DNA of 57,706 nt from Methyloceanibacter sp. (GTDB lineage Bacteria; Pseudomonadota; Alphaproteobacteria; Rhizobiales; Methyloligellaceae), in contig DATICH010000161.1 in the NCBI GenBank assembly GCA_035456885.1, positions 1 through 57,706 of the forward strand, in the 5' to 3' direction. The first letter of the stretch is position 1. Every line of letters begins with the position of its first letter. Positions 31,851-43,781 of this stretch are shown here, piece after piece. The translations under genes were made by a program, and so were the position numbers. The notes beneath the pieces were generated by a model, which did not search any database, was not told the DNA's origin, and saw only the letters and a program-made list of their open reading frames with translations.

Positions 31851-33059
31851 TTAATCCTGGTCGAGCGGCAGGATCCTCACTTGCGCCCCTTGGCCCAAAG
31901 CGGGCGCATTCGACGCGCGCACGATGAGGCAATCCGCCTTCGCCAGTGCCGCCATGAGCGAGGAGTCCTGCGAGGGGAGCGCCCGCACGATCCGAGTCCC
32001 ATCCTCGCGCCACTCGGAGACGGCGCGCATGTAGTGCTCGCGCTCGCCATTCGCTTCGAGCGCTTCGCCGAGCACCGCATAGGCTTGCGGCCTGGTTTCC
32101 TCCCTTAGCCCGAGCATCCGCTCCAACATCGGCTTGAGGAACACCCGCGCGCAGATCAATGCCGAGACCGGGTTGCCAGGCACGCCGAGCACGCGCTGGT
32201 GCCCCATGCGCCCGAACAGCATCGGCCGGCCTGGGCGCATGGCGATCTTCCAGAAATCAACTTCGAGCCCCTGGGACTTGAGCGCGCTCGTCACCAGGTC
32301 GCGCTCCCCCACCGAGGCCCCGCCGACGGTCAGCAGGACATCCGCAGCGCTGCCGGCCTGGGCTAGGGTGACGATGCTCCCCGCATCGTCCTTGGCAATG
32401 CCGAGGCTCATCGCCTCGCCGCCGATCCTCTCGATCAGGGCCGCAAGTCCGCACGGCACCGAGGAGACGATCTGGTCGGGGCCAAGCTTCGAGCCGGGCG
32501 GCACGACCTCGTCGCCGGTGGCGAGCACTGCCACCTTCGGCTTGCGGCGCACGGGCAGCTCTGCCTCGTTCATCGCCGCGGCCAGCGTCAATTCGCGCGG
32601 GCCGAGGCGCGTGCCCGCGGTGAGCAGGATCTCGCCTTGCGTAAAATCCTGGCCGCGCGGACGAATGTGCCGGCCCGGTCCGCCTGCGTCTTTCACCGTG
32701 ACAATCCCGGAGACCTCCACCGTGTCTTCTTGAATGACGATCGTGTCGGCGCCCTTGGGCACCGGCGCACCGGTGAAGATGCGCACGGCCTCGCCCTGCC
32801 CGACGCGGCCCCTGAAGCCCGCGCCAGCGACCGAGGCGCCGACCAGCTTCAGCGTTGCGGGAAGAGCGCCAACGTCGAGCGCTCGCACGGCATAGCCGTC
32901 CATCGCCGAAGCATCGAAGGGGGGCTGGGTGAGCGTCGCCGCCAAATCTTCGGCCAGCACGCGGCGTGCGGATCGATCGAGCGCCACGAGCTCGGTCTCG
33001 AGCGGCTCGATGCCGTTCGTGACCCGCGCAAGAGCTTCAGCGACGGAAAGCAGAGCCAT
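31851..33059 (-). CDS. moeA: Molybdopterin molybdotransferase
   Basis: [39 protein letters not shown]; ATG overlaps the moaC stop. Confidence 0.96.
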   Translation of the reverse strand: MALLSVAEALARVTNGIEPLETELVALDRSARRVLAEDLAATLTQPPFDASAMDGYAVRALDVGALPATLKLVGASVAGAGFRGRVGQGEAVRIFTGAPVPKGADTIVIQEDTVEVSGIVTVKDAGGPGRHIRPRGQDFTQGEILLTAGTRLGPRELTLAAAMNEAELPVRRKPKVAVLATGDEVVPPGSKLGPDQIVSSVPCGLAALIERIGGEAMSLGIAKDDAGSIVTLAQAGSAADVLLTVGGASVGERDLVTSALKSQGLEVDFWKIAMRPGRPMLFGRMGHQRVLGVPGNPVSALICARVFLKPMLERMLGLREETRPQAYAVLGEALEANGEREHYMRAVSEWREDGTRIVRALPSQDSSLMAALAKADCLIVRASNAPALGQGAQVRILPLDQD

Positions 33060-33535
33060 CAGCGCTTGAAGGACCCGGAGCGGCCGCCGGTCTTTGCCAA
33101 AAGCCGGATTCCGGAGAACGACATGGCCCGGTCGACCGCCTTCGCCATGTCGTAGATGGTGAGGCAGGCGATCGACACCGCCGTCAGCACTTCCATCTCG
33201 ACACCGGTCTTGCCGTCGACCTTGGCCATCGCCTCCACGCGAATGCCCGGCGGATCGCGCGACGGTTCGAACGCGACCGTGACCTCCGACAAGGACAGGG
33301 GATGGCAAAGCGGGATCAGCTCATGCGTCCGTTTGGCGGCCATGATCCCGGCGATGCGCGCGGTTGTCAGTACATCGCCCTTTGGCGCGTTGCCGGACAA
33401 GATCAGCTCGAGCGTGGCCGGTGCCATCGACACGAAACCTTCGGCGCGCGCCGTGCGCGCGGTGACCTCCTTGGCCGAGATATCGACCATGCGCGCCTCG
33501 CCCTTGTCGTCGAGATGGCTGAGCCGCGCAGTCAT
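33059..33535 (-). CDS. moaC: Cyclic pyranopterin monophosphate synthase
   Basis: [34 protein letters not shown]. Confidence 0.96.
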   Translation of the reverse strand: MTARLSHLDDKGEARMVDISAKEVTARTARAEGFVSMAPATLELILSGNAPKGDVLTTARIAGIMAAKRTHELIPLCHPLSLSEVTVAFEPSRDPPGIRVEAMAKVDGKTGVEMEVLTAVSIACLTIYDMAKAVDRAMSFSGIRLLAKTGGRSGSFKR

Positions 33536-34350
33536 TGTGCCGCCTCCGCTTGCGCGGACGCACCGGTCAGAAGCGCGCGCGTCGCCGCCGCCACATCCTC
33601 CTGCCGCATCAAGCTTTCGCCCACCAAAACCGCGCACACCCCCGCATCGCCAAGCCGCCTCAGATCGGCGTGGGTGAAGATGCCGCTTTCGGCGATCACG
33701 AGCCGGTCCTTGGGCACAAGCGGTGCCAAGCGTTCCGTTGTGGCGAGCGTGGTGTCGAAGGTCCTGAGATCGCGGTTGTTGATGCCGATCAGCTTGGTGT
33801 CGAGCTTGAGCGCGCGGGCGAGCTCGGCCTCGTCATGCACCTCGGCGAGCACATTCATGCCGAGCGCGTGTGCGGCCTTGGCGAGAGCGTGCGCCGTGTC
33901 GTCGTCCACCGCGGCCATGATGATGAGGATGCAGTCGGCGCCGAGCGCGCGGGCCTCGAGCACCTGATACGGATCGATCATAAAGTCCTTGCGCAGCGCG
34001 GGGAGGGCGGTCGCTGCGCGCGCTGCCGTCAGATATTCAGGGCGTCCCTGGAACGACGGCGTGTCGGTCAAGACGGAAAGGCAGGCGGCGCCCCCAACCT
34101 CGTACGCCCTGGCAAGTGCCGGCGGATCGAAATCGGCGCGGATCAAGCCCTTGGATGGGCTCGCCTTCTTGATCTCGGCGATCAGCGCGAACTCGCCCCG
34201 TGCGATACAGGCCTGCAAGGCCGCCGCGAATGGCCGTACCGGCGGGACCTGTTCGGCTTTCGCGCGCAAAGCGCTCTCGCGCACCGCCGCCTTGGCGGCT
34301 GCCACCTCCTGGCGCTTATAGGCGAGAATAGTGTCGAGCACCTGGGCCAT
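33532..34350 (-). CDS. trpC: Indole-3-glycerol phosphate synthase
   Basis: [40 protein letters not shown]. Confidence 0.97.
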   Translation of the reverse strand: MAQVLDTILAYKRQEVAAAKAAVRESALRAKAEQVPPVRPFAAALQACIARGEFALIAEIKKASPSKGLIRADFDPPALARAYEVGGAACLSVLTDTPSFQGRPEYLTAARAATALPALRKDFMIDPYQVLEARALGADCILIIMAAVDDDTAHALAKAAHALGMNVLAEVHDEAELARALKLDTKLIGINNRDLRTFDTTLATTERLAPLVPKDRLVIAESGIFTHADLRRLGDAGVCAVLVGESLMRQEDVAAATRALLTGASAQAEAAQ

Positions 34351-34353
34351 AAT

Positions 34354-35409
34354 TCAGACTCTATCATGGCTGTGCTTAATGAGCGCTTCGAGCGCGGCCT
34401 GGGCCTTGCCGCTGTCGATCGACTCCGCCGCGAGCGTCACGCCTTCGCGCAAGCTCTTCGCCTTGCCCGCGACCAGCAGGGCGGCCCCGGCATTCAGCAG
34501 AACAATGTCCCGGAACGGCCCCCGATTGCCGCCAAGTAGGGCGCGAATATGCGCCGCATTCTCGGTCGCGTCGCCGCCGGTTAGATCCTCCGGCTTCGCC
34601 TCCGGAAGGCCGGCATTTTTCGGCGAGACCTTGAAGATGGAGACTTCGCCCGCGTCGAGCGCCGCGACATGGCTGATGCCGGTTGTGGTCAGCTCATCGA
34701 GTCCGTCGGAGCCGTGCACCACCCAGGCGCGTTTTGCGCCTAGCTTTCCAAGCACTCGTGCGATCGGCTCGACCCACTGCTCGGCGAACACGCCGATGAT
34801 CTGATGGTCGGCACTCGCGGGATTGGCGAGCGGCCCGAGCAGATTGAAGATGGTGCGCGTGCCGAGCTCGCTGCGCACCTTGGCGACATGGCGCATCGCG
34901 GCGTGATGCGCCGGCGCGAACATGAAACCGAGTCCGCAACTTTCGATGCATCGGGCGATCGTCTCCGGGCCGCATTCGATATTGACGCCGAGCGCGGCCA
35001 GCACGTCCGCCGAGCCCGAGCGCGAGGAGATCGAACGATTGCCGTGCTTGGCAACTGGCACGCCGGCGCCGGCGACCACGAAGGCGGCGCAAGTGGAGAT
35101 ATTGTGCGTACCTTTGGCATCGCCGCCGGTGCCGCATGTATCGATGGCTCCCGCCGGCGCCCGCACCTTGAGCGCCTTGGCACGCATCGCGCGGGCAGCG
35201 CCGGCGATCTCGTCGACCGTCTCGCCGCGCACGCGCATTCCCATCAGCAGCGCGGCGATCTGCGCCTCGGTTGCGCCGCCCGACATGATTGTCTCGAAAG
35301 CGTGTGCGGCTTCGGTCTCGGTCAGGCTTTCGCCCGCAGCGACTTTGCGCAGAGCAGGGCGGAGATCGGCAAGAGTTGCCGTCTCGGCCACAGCGGGATT
35401 AGAGGGCAC
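34354..35409 (-). CDS. trpD: Anthranilate phosphoribosyltransferase
   Basis: [17 protein letters not shown]...[22 protein letters not shown]; start uncertain (GTG 35409 or 35391). Confidence 0.95.
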   Translation of the reverse strand: MPSNPAVAETATLADLRPALRKVAAGESLTETEAAHAFETIMSGGATEAQIAALLMGMRVRGETVDEIAGAARAMRAKALKVRAPAGAIDTCGTGGDAKGTHNISTCAAFVVAGAGVPVAKHGNRSISSRSGSADVLAALGVNIECGPETIARCIESCGLGFMFAPAHHAAMRHVAKVRSELGTRTIFNLLGPLANPASADHQIIGVFAEQWVEPIARVLGKLGAKRAWVVHGSDGLDELTTTGISHVAALDAGEVSIFKVSPKNAGLPEAKPEDLTGGDATENAAHIRALLGGNRGPFRDIVLLNAGAALLVAGKAKSLREGVTLAAESIDSGKAQAALEALIKHSHDRV

Positions 35410-36019
35410 TTGCTGCTTCTCGTTGCGCCGAGCCGCGGGCGCGACGCTCGACCCGGGCCAGGTCGAGGAAATTCTCGAGCAGCCGGTGGCCATGCTCTGA
35501 GGCGATACTCTCGGGGTGGAATTGCACGCCGTGCACGGGGTAGCGCTTGTGTTGCAGCCCCATGATCACGCCATCGGCGGTTTCGGCGGTGACCTCGAGC
35601 TCCGCGGGCAGGCTCTCGGGCTCGACCACCAGCGAATGATAGCGCGTGGCGGAGAAGTCCTGTGGCAGACCCGCGAACACACCCGTGCCGGTGTGGTGCA
35701 CCTTGGACAGCTTGCCGTGCATCAGGGTCGGCGCGCGCACCACGCGGCCGCCATAGACCTGGCCGATGGCCTGATGGCCGAGGCAAACGCCGAGGATCGG
35801 CACCACCGGACCGGCGCGAGCGATCAGCTCCAGGCAAATGCCCGCCCGGTCGGGATCGCAAGGCCCGGGGGAGAGCACGATCGCCTCCGGCGCCTCGGCC
35901 AAAACCTCGTCCACCGTCACCTTGTCGTTGCGATAGACGCGCGCCGACGCGCCCAATTCGCCGAGGAAATGGACGAGATTGTAGGTAAAGCTGTCGTAAT
36001 TATCGATCAGCGTCAGCAT
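35399..36019 (-). CDS. trpG: Anthranilate synthase component II (glutamine amidotransferase)
   Basis: [33 protein letters not shown]. Confidence 0.96.
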   Translation of the reverse strand: MLTLIDNYDSFTYNLVHFLGELGASARVYRNDKVTVDEVLAEAPEAIVLSPGPCDPDRAGICLELIARAGPVVPILGVCLGHQAIGQVYGGRVVRAPTLMHGKLSKVHHTGTGVFAGLPQDFSATRYHSLVVEPESLPAELEVTAETADGVIMGLQHKRYPVHGVQFHPESIASEHGHRLLENFLDLARVERRARGSAQREAASAL

Positions 36020-36025
36020 GGGGTG

Positions 36026-36055
36026 GTGTTACGCTTGTGAGCCGCGCCGCGTCAA
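36026..36055 (-). promoter_or_regulatory. Internal promoter for trpG-trpD-trpC-moaC-moeA, probably leaderless
   Basis: Minus strand TTGACG-N18-TAACAC, then 6 nt to the ATG; no SD. Confidence 0.5.
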
Positions 36056-36066
36056 GGTTTCCGCCG

Positions 36067-36585
36067 CTAGCCGCGCAGGTCCCGCGGGACGAGGAACAGG
36101 TTCAAGGTCCCGCTATTCACATCGACGCTCTTCCAGAGTCCCGCCGCGAAATTGATCACAGCCAGTCCCGCGGTGGGATATTTCGCCCTTAACCGGTCGC
36201 GGAAATGCTTCGGCCCCGCCCCCACCAAATCGAGGGCGAAAGCCTGAATCTCGGGATTGTGGCCGACCAGCATGACCCGGTCCATGCCCGGGTGAACGGC
36301 GTGCAGCATCTGGAGCATGGTCTCGGGACTCGCGTGGTAAAGCGCATCGTCATAGACCACCTTCGGCTCGACTCTGAGCTCGGGCAGCACGAGGTCGAGC
36401 GTGTCGCGGGTGCGCCTGGCTCCGGAGCAAAGCACGAGTTCCGGATCGATGCCGTGCTCGGCCATCGCCCTGCCCATCAGCGGCGCGTCGTTCTCACCAC
36501 GCGTAGCCAGCGGCCGGTCGATATCCGCGAGCGCCGGGTTTTTCCAGCTCGACTTGGCGTGACGCAGAAGGCTTAGCGTGAGCAT
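36067..36585 (-). CDS. SixA-like histidine phosphatase
   Basis: LLRHAKS, DRPL..RG, RTRDT, VGHNP. Confidence 0.88.
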   Translation of the reverse strand: MLTLSLLRHAKSSWKNPALADIDRPLATRGENDAPLMGRAMAEHGIDPELVLCSGARRTRDTLDLVLPELRVEPKVVYDDALYHASPETMLQMLHAVHPGMDRVMLVGHNPEIQAFALDLVGAGPKHFRDRLRAKYPTAGLAVINFAAGLWKSVDVNSGTLNLFLVPRDLRG

Positions 36586-36595
36586 CGCCGGTCGC

Positions 36596-38161
36596 TCATT
36601 GACCGCGCTTGGCGCGCGCGGCGAAGCGCACCGCTTCGTCGGCCGCCTTGAACAAAGCCCGCGCCTTGCTCACGCACTCGGCCTGCTCGCGTTCCGCTAC
36701 CGAGTCGGCGACGATGCCGGCGCCGGCGCGCACATACATCGTGCCGTCCTTCACCACTGACGTCCTCAGCACGATGCAGCTGTCCATCTCGCCGCCGGCG
36801 GAGAAATAGCCGACGCAGCCGGCATAAGGGCCGCGCGCCTCGTCCTCCAATTCGTCGATGATCTCCATGGCGCGCACTTTCGGCGCGCCCGACACGGTGC
36901 CGGCCGGGAAACCCGCCATCAAGGCGTCGACCGCATCGAAGTCGGGCCCGAGCACCCCCTCGACGTTCGACACGATATGCATCACCTGGCTGTAATATTC
37001 GAGAAAGAAGGAGTCAGTGACCTTCACGCTGCCGACGGTCGCCACGCGGCCAACATCGTTGCGGCCGAGATCGAGCAGCATCAGATGCTCGGCACGCTCT
37101 TTGGCGTCGGCGAGCAGCTCCTTGGCGAGAATCTTGTCCTCGTCGGGACTTGCACCGCGCGGACGCGTGCCGGCGATCGGTCTGATCGTGACCTTGCCGT
37201 CGCGCACCCGCACCAGAATTTCCGGACTCGACCCCACCACGGCGAAGCCGCCGAAATTCAGATAATACAGATAGGGCGAAGGGTTGATCCTTCTGAGCGC
37301 GCGATAAAGCGCGAGTGAGGGCAGAGTGAAGGGCGCCTCGAAGCGCTGGCTCAGCACCACCTGAAAAATATCGCCGGCAGCGATGTACTCCTTCGCCCGC
37401 GCGACCTTGGCCATATAGGCCTCCGGCGCGGTCGCAGGCCTGGGCGCCGGATGTGGCGCGGCAAGATCAGGATCGCTGGCATGCGGCAACGGCTGCTCCA
37501 GCCGCTCCAGTACCAAATTGAGCCGATCCGCAGCGCGTGCGTAAGCGGCCTTGGCGCCGACCCCCGGCGCCGGTCTGACCGGCGTCACCACCGTCATCTC
37601 GTCCTTCACGCTGTCGAAGATCACGATCAGGGTCGGCCGCACCAAGATCGAGTCCGGCAGACCGAGCGGGTCCGGCTTCTCGTCTGGCAAATGCTCGACC
37701 AATCGTACCGTGTCGTAGCCCATATAGCCGAAGATACCGGCCGCCATTGGTGGCAGCTCGTGCGGCAGATCGATCGTCGACTCGGCGAGCAATGCGCGCA
37801 AGGAGGCGAGCGCCGGCAACGGCGAGGGGGCGAACGCCTCCGGGTCGGATTGCGGCGCGCGGTTGATCTCGGCCCTCGACCCGTCTGCGCGCCAGATCAG
37901 ATCGGGCTCGCAGCCGATGATCGAATAGCGGCCGCGCGTGGCTCCACCCTCAACCGATTCCAAAAGGAAACTGTTCGGCCGTTCATGCGCGAGCTTCAGC
38001 ATAGCCGAGACCGGCGTCTCGAGATCGGCGACGAGCCGCGTCCAGGCCACCAGCGGCAGCCCCTCGTCATAGCGTCGTGCGAAGCTCGCGAAATCCGGCT
38101 CGATCGGGCGACCCACGCCTTGTGGCTCGAACGGCGTCACCGAAGCCTTGGCAGAACTCAT
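36596..38161 (-). CDS. trpE: Anthranilate synthase component I
   Basis: DLETP, LLESVEGG..RGRYS, GDIFQVV, NPSPY, PIAGT, EHLMLLDLGRND, GTVSGAPK. Confidence 0.97.
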   Translation of the reverse strand: MSSAKASVTPFEPQGVGRPIEPDFASFARRYDEGLPLVAWTRLVADLETPVSAMLKLAHERPNSFLLESVEGGATRGRYSIIGCEPDLIWRADGSRAEINRAPQSDPEAFAPSPLPALASLRALLAESTIDLPHELPPMAAGIFGYMGYDTVRLVEHLPDEKPDPLGLPDSILVRPTLIVIFDSVKDEMTVVTPVRPAPGVGAKAAYARAADRLNLVLERLEQPLPHASDPDLAAPHPAPRPATAPEAYMAKVARAKEYIAAGDIFQVVLSQRFEAPFTLPSLALYRALRRINPSPYLYYLNFGGFAVVGSSPEILVRVRDGKVTIRPIAGTRPRGASPDEDKILAKELLADAKERAEHLMLLDLGRNDVGRVATVGSVKVTDSFFLEYYSQVMHIVSNVEGVLGPDFDAVDALMAGFPAGTVSGAPKVRAMEIIDELEDEARGPYAGCVGYFSAGGEMDSCIVLRTSVVKDGTMYVRAGAGIVADSVAEREQAECVSKARALFKAADEAVRFAARAKRGQ

Positions 38162-40053
38162 GGCTCCTCGCTGCCGATCAGCTTGGCGAGGGCCTGCTGG
38201 TTCACATAGACGCCATAGCGGTTTTCCAGCGCGCTAAAATATTCAGCGATTGCGTCTTCGCTGATGAGGAGACTGAGCTGCTGCTTAAGACGATCCGTCT
38301 CCGGCGCGGTTAGAGCCTCGGCGGGGGTAACCTTATCGACTTGAAAAACAATGCGCCCATTGCCGACCGGTGAGGGCGCCGAGCCGAAGCCTCTCTCCGG
38401 CAGGGCGAAGGCCTGATTCACCGCAGGTGGCAGGATATTCACGGTGATGCTGTCGCGTTTCAGAGGATCGCTGGTCAGCACCTCGACATTCAGCTCTTTG
38501 GCGACGTCTTCGAGCGTCTTGCCGCCGTCCAGGCTGGCGATCAGGTCCTGCGCATATTTGGCCAGCCGCGTGCGCAGCTCGTCCTCGTGCCAATCCTTGG
38601 CCACCTGATCTTTGACCTGATCGAAGGGCTTGAGTTGCTCGGGCACGACCCCCAATACCTCGTACCAGATGACGCCCTCGTCCTTGGCGTCAATCGGGTC
38701 GTTCTCGACTCCCGTATCGGTGGCGAACGCCGCGTTCAACACCTCCTTCTGTGCCGGTAAGGCGACCGCCGAACCGTCGGGCTTGCGTCCGTCGCGGTCG
38801 ATCTGGTGGAACAGCTGATAGTCAAGCTTGAGCTTGCCGGCGGTCTCGGAGAGCGTCGTGCCCGCAGCGAGCTCGTCCTCAACCTTGTCATGCAAATCGA
38901 AGATCGCGCCCGAAGCTCGCTCCTTGAGCAGCTTCTTCTCGAGATCGGCCTTGGCTTCTTCGAATGTCGGCATGCTACCGGGCTCGATCGAGGTTACGCG
39001 CAGCAACACGACATTGCCGAGCTTGCCGGAAACAGGTTCGCTGACTTTGTTGGCCTCGAGTGTAAACGCGGCCTCGGCGATGGCGGAATCGGCAAGCTCC
39101 GCGCGGCTTACCGTGCCGAGATCGATATCGGCTTCGCTCAAGCCCTGCTCTTTGGCTAGGGCCACAAAATCGGTCCCGGATTGCAGCTTTTGATAAGCCG
39201 CATTGGCCGCGGCGAGATCAGGAAAGGTGATCTGCTGCACATGCCGCTTCTCTGGCTTGCCGAGCTGATCCTTGCTCGCCTCGTATGCGGCCCGGAGATC
39301 GGCTTCGGTGATGTTGACCTCGGCTTTGACGGTCTCCGGCGTGACCGCGAGCACGCCCACTTTGCGATATTCAGGCTGCGTGTATTTGCTCTGATGATTT
39401 TCATAGTAACGCTTGAGGTCCTCCTCGGTCGGATCCGGTATGGTGCCGACCACGCTCGACGGAACCAGCACATAACGCAAGGTGCGCGTCTCACCATTGA
39501 AGTTGTTGAGTGCGTCGATGAGAATCTCGGGGCTGTTTGGGACCCTGCCAACCGTCGCGAGAACCTGACGGCGCAAATTGCTTTCCCGTAGCGACGCCAA
39601 ATAGCCGTGCTCGTTCATGCCGATCGAGTAAAGCACTTGCTGGAAGACCGCGGGGCTGAAATTGCCGAGCGAGTCCTTAAAAGCCGGATCGTTCATGACC
39701 TGCTCGAGAATGGCCGCGTCGGTGATGCCGAGATGCAGGTCCTTCGCATGATTGTCGACCGCGGCGCCGCCGATCAGCCGCTCCATCACGCGATTGTCGA
39801 GGCCAAGCGCGCGCGCCTCTTGCAGGGAGAGACTGCGTCCGGCCTGCGCGCTCATCGATCGCAGCACCTCTTGCTGCGCGCGCAGATAATCCTGCCCGCT
39901 GATCTCCGTTTTCCCGACACGGATCAGGGTTTGCCCGCCATAGCCGGTGAAAATGTCGGCGATCCCCCAAACCGCAAAGCTGATCACCAGCAAGCCGACG
40001 AGGATCAGGCCGAGCGTCCTGGCCGCCCCTTTGCGCAATGTGTCGAGTGCCAC
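38158..40053 (-). CDS. ppiD: PpiD-like periplasmic chaperone (SurA N-terminal plus rotamase domains)
   Basis: N-terminal membrane anchor LLVISFAVWGI, SurA-like helical domain, parvulin-like region; conserved position between trpE and tpiA. Confidence 0.85.
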   Translation of the reverse strand: MALDTLRKGAARTLGLILVGLLVISFAVWGIADIFTGYGGQTLIRVGKTEISGQDYLRAQQEVLRSMSAQAGRSLSLQEARALGLDNRVMERLIGGAAVDNHAKDLHLGITDAAILEQVMNDPAFKDSLGNFSPAVFQQVLYSIGMNEHGYLASLRESNLRRQVLATVGRVPNSPEILIDALNNFNGETRTLRYVLVPSSVVGTIPDPTEEDLKRYYENHQSKYTQPEYRKVGVLAVTPETVKAEVNITEADLRAAYEASKDQLGKPEKRHVQQITFPDLAAANAAYQKLQSGTDFVALAKEQGLSEADIDLGTVSRAELADSAIAEAAFTLEANKVSEPVSGKLGNVVLLRVTSIEPGSMPTFEEAKADLEKKLLKERASGAIFDLHDKVEDELAAGTTLSETAGKLKLDYQLFHQIDRDGRKPDGSAVALPAQKEVLNAAFATDTGVENDPIDAKDEGVIWYEVLGVVPEQLKPFDQVKDQVAKDWHEDELRTRLAKYAQDLIASLDGGKTLEDVAKELNVEVLTSDPLKRDSITVNILPPAVNQAFALPERGFGSAPSPVGNGRIVFQVDKVTPAEALTAPETDRLKQQLSLLISEDAIAEYFSALENRYGVYVNQQALAKLIGSEEP

Positions 40054-40130
40054 GCTTTAAGACCTTCCATTCGTTAATTGCCAAAGCCGCGCTGGCGTCC
40101 GATGCTAGGACTTCCTCGCGCGGCGGCGGC

Positions 40131-40159
40131 ATCATAGGTAGCAAGTAGCAGCCCGGCAA
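40131..40159 (-). promoter_or_regulatory. ppiD-trpE promoter
   Basis: Minus strand TTGCCG-N17-TATGAT. Confidence 0.6.
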
Positions 40160-40233
40160 GGCAGGGTATCTGGCCAAGGTCTTGGCAGACGGTAAAGAAC
40201 CGCTCCTGGCCGGAGCGCGATGAGGGAGGGGAC

Positions 40234-41001
40234 GTGGCAGCGAACAGGCCGCTCGTCGCAGGCAATTGGAAAATGCATGGGCTTGCGGCCTCGCTCGCCG
40301 AGCTCAAGGCGCTCAAGGATCGACTGGCCGAACGCCCAATTGCGGAAGCCGACATCATGGTCTGCCCGCCAGCGACCTTACTGGCCCAGGCCCGCTACTT
40401 CCTGACCGGAAGCACGATCATGCTCGGCGCGCAGGATTGCCACGCCGAGGCCGAAGGCGCCCATACCGGCGATCTTTCCGCCGAGATGCTTGCCGATGCC
40501 GGGGCGAGTGCGGTGATCGTCGGTCATTCCGAGCGGCGCATTGATCACGGCGAGACCGATGCGCTGGTCCTCGCCAAGGCACGCGCGGCGCATCGTGCCG
40601 GACTCACGGCCCTCATTTGTGTCGGCGAGACGGAACAGGAGCGGCGTGACGGCAAAACACTTGAGGTCATCAGGCATCAGCTCAACGGGTCCGTGCCGGA
40701 CACGGCGCGCGGCGCCAATACGGCGATTGCCTACGAGCCCGTCTGGGCAATCGGCTCGGGACTTACGCCGACACAAGCCGATATCGCGGAGGTGCACGGT
40801 TTCATTCGCGGAGAGCTCGGCAGGGCCCTCGGTGACGGCGGGGCGAAGGCTTTGCGCATTCTGTATGGCGGCTCGGTGAAGCCAGCCAATGCGAACGAGC
40901 TGCTTGTTGTGCCCGGCGTCGATGGGGCGTTGGTTGGGGGCGCAAGCCTCAAGGCGGCCGATTTCTATACTATCGCCTCGGTTTACAGCGGCCCCGACTG
41001 A
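40234..41001 (+). CDS. tpiA: Triosephosphate isomerase
   Basis: [34 protein letters not shown]. Confidence 0.98.
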   Translation: MAANRPLVAGNWKMHGLAASLAELKALKDRLAERPIAEADIMVCPPATLLAQARYFLTGSTIMLGAQDCHAEAEGAHTGDLSAEMLADAGASAVIVGHSERRIDHGETDALVLAKARAAHRAGLTALICVGETEQERRDGKTLEVIRHQLNGSVPDTARGANTAIAYEPVWAIGSGLTPTQADIAEVHGFIRGELGRALGDGGAKALRILYGGSVKPANANELLVVPGVDGALVGGASLKAADFYTIASVYSGPD

Positions 41002-41113
41002 CGCTGGCCACAACCGACGCGAGCAGGGTTGGCAAACGGGGTGATTTTCGCCATTCTGTCCGGGGGATTGATTTGGTCTCCGAGGGGACCCTCTTTCCCG
41101 CGGGGACGTGAGG

Positions 41114-41641
41114 ATGCCGATGCTGCGCTTCATTGCCGTGGCGCTGGTCGCCGCGAGCTCGGTGGTGTCATTTGGCACGATCGGCTTCGCCGAGCCGCTG
41201 GAAAAAGACGCGTGCGCCAAACTCGAAGTCGAGCGCAAGAAGCTACTGACCTCCAAAATGCAGTCCGCACTCGAGCAGGGACCCGACTGGGTCAAGAACC
41301 ACCTCAACGAGGCCGACATCGAGAAAGTGCGGGAATTTCTCCTGGTCGAGGAGAAGCTCAAATTCCGCTGCCGCGAAAGCGTGGTCGCCAGGGCCATGCA
41401 GCGGGCGTTGAACAATCCCGATTCGGTAACCTTGCCAGACCGTAAGCCGGCGCTGCCGGCAAGTGCTGCGGCAGCAAGCGTCCCTAGCACGCCTGCGGCG
41501 GGCGGCACCGTCGACCCGGAGATGCCCTTGCCAAACCGCAACCCGGCTGCGGCACAAAGAACCATCGCCGACGCGAACCCTAGCCAAACCGTGGCCGGTT
41601 CGGATAAGACAGCGCCTTCGGATGCGAAGGCGACAAGATGA
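41114..41641 (+). CDS. Hypothetical secreted protein (helical domain bounded by two Cys, Pro/Ala-rich tail)
   Basis: Signal peptide ending in GFA-E; coding-like codon usage; ATGA overlap with secG. Confidence 0.7.
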   Translation: MPMLRFIAVALVAASSVVSFGTIGFAEPLEKDACAKLEVERKKLLTSKMQSALEQGPDWVKNHLNEADIEKVREFLLVEEKLKFRCRESVVARAMQRALNNPDSVTLPDRKPALPASAAAASVPSTPAAGGTVDPEMPLPNRNPAAAQRTIADANPSQTVAGSDKTAPSDAKATR

Positions 41642-41982
41642 CGACGGTTATTCTTCTGATTCATGTGATGATCTGCGTGGCGCTGGTGGGCATCGTTCTG
41701 CTGCAGCGCTCCGAAGGCGGTGCGCTCGGCATCGGCGGCGGCGGTAGCGGCGGTTTCATGACCGGACGCAGCGCCGGCAATGCGCTCACCAAGACCACCG
41801 CGGTGCTAGCAGCTGCCTTCTTCGCCACCAGCCTTGCGCTGTCTATCCTGGCGAGCCAGCAACGCCCAGCGCCGACGATCCTCCCGAGCGGAGGCGGCTT
41901 GGCGCCGCTACAGATCCCCGGCGCGCCGGCTCCAGCTACGCCGGAGGCCCCGGCAGCACCGCAGGCGCCGCAATCGCAGTAA
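41638..41982 (+). CDS. secG: Preprotein translocase subunit SecG
   Basis: LLQRSEGGALGIGGG, GRSAGNALTKTT; two TM helices; usual tpiA-secG-pyrG context. Confidence 0.95.
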   Translation: MTTVILLIHVMICVALVGIVLLQRSEGGALGIGGGGSGGFMTGRSAGNALTKTTAVLAAAFFATSLALSILASQQRPAPTILPSGGGLAPLQIPGAPAPATPEAPAAPQAPQSQ

Positions 41983-42012
41983 ACTGACCGGGCTTTGCGC
42001 CGCCGGGGATAA

Positions 42013-43713
<1,701 letters not shown>

Positions 43714-43746
43714 CCCAGCAGCTCTCCTATCCGCGCCGGCGGCCAG

Positions 43747-43775
43747 TTGACGCCCGCGCTGCCCGGTCCCATGGT
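43747..43775 (+). promoter_or_regulatory. kdsA promoter, probably leaderless
   Basis: TTGACG-N17-CATGGT, then 6 nt to ATG 43782; no SD. Confidence 0.5.
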
Positions 43776-43781
43776 CGGCCC

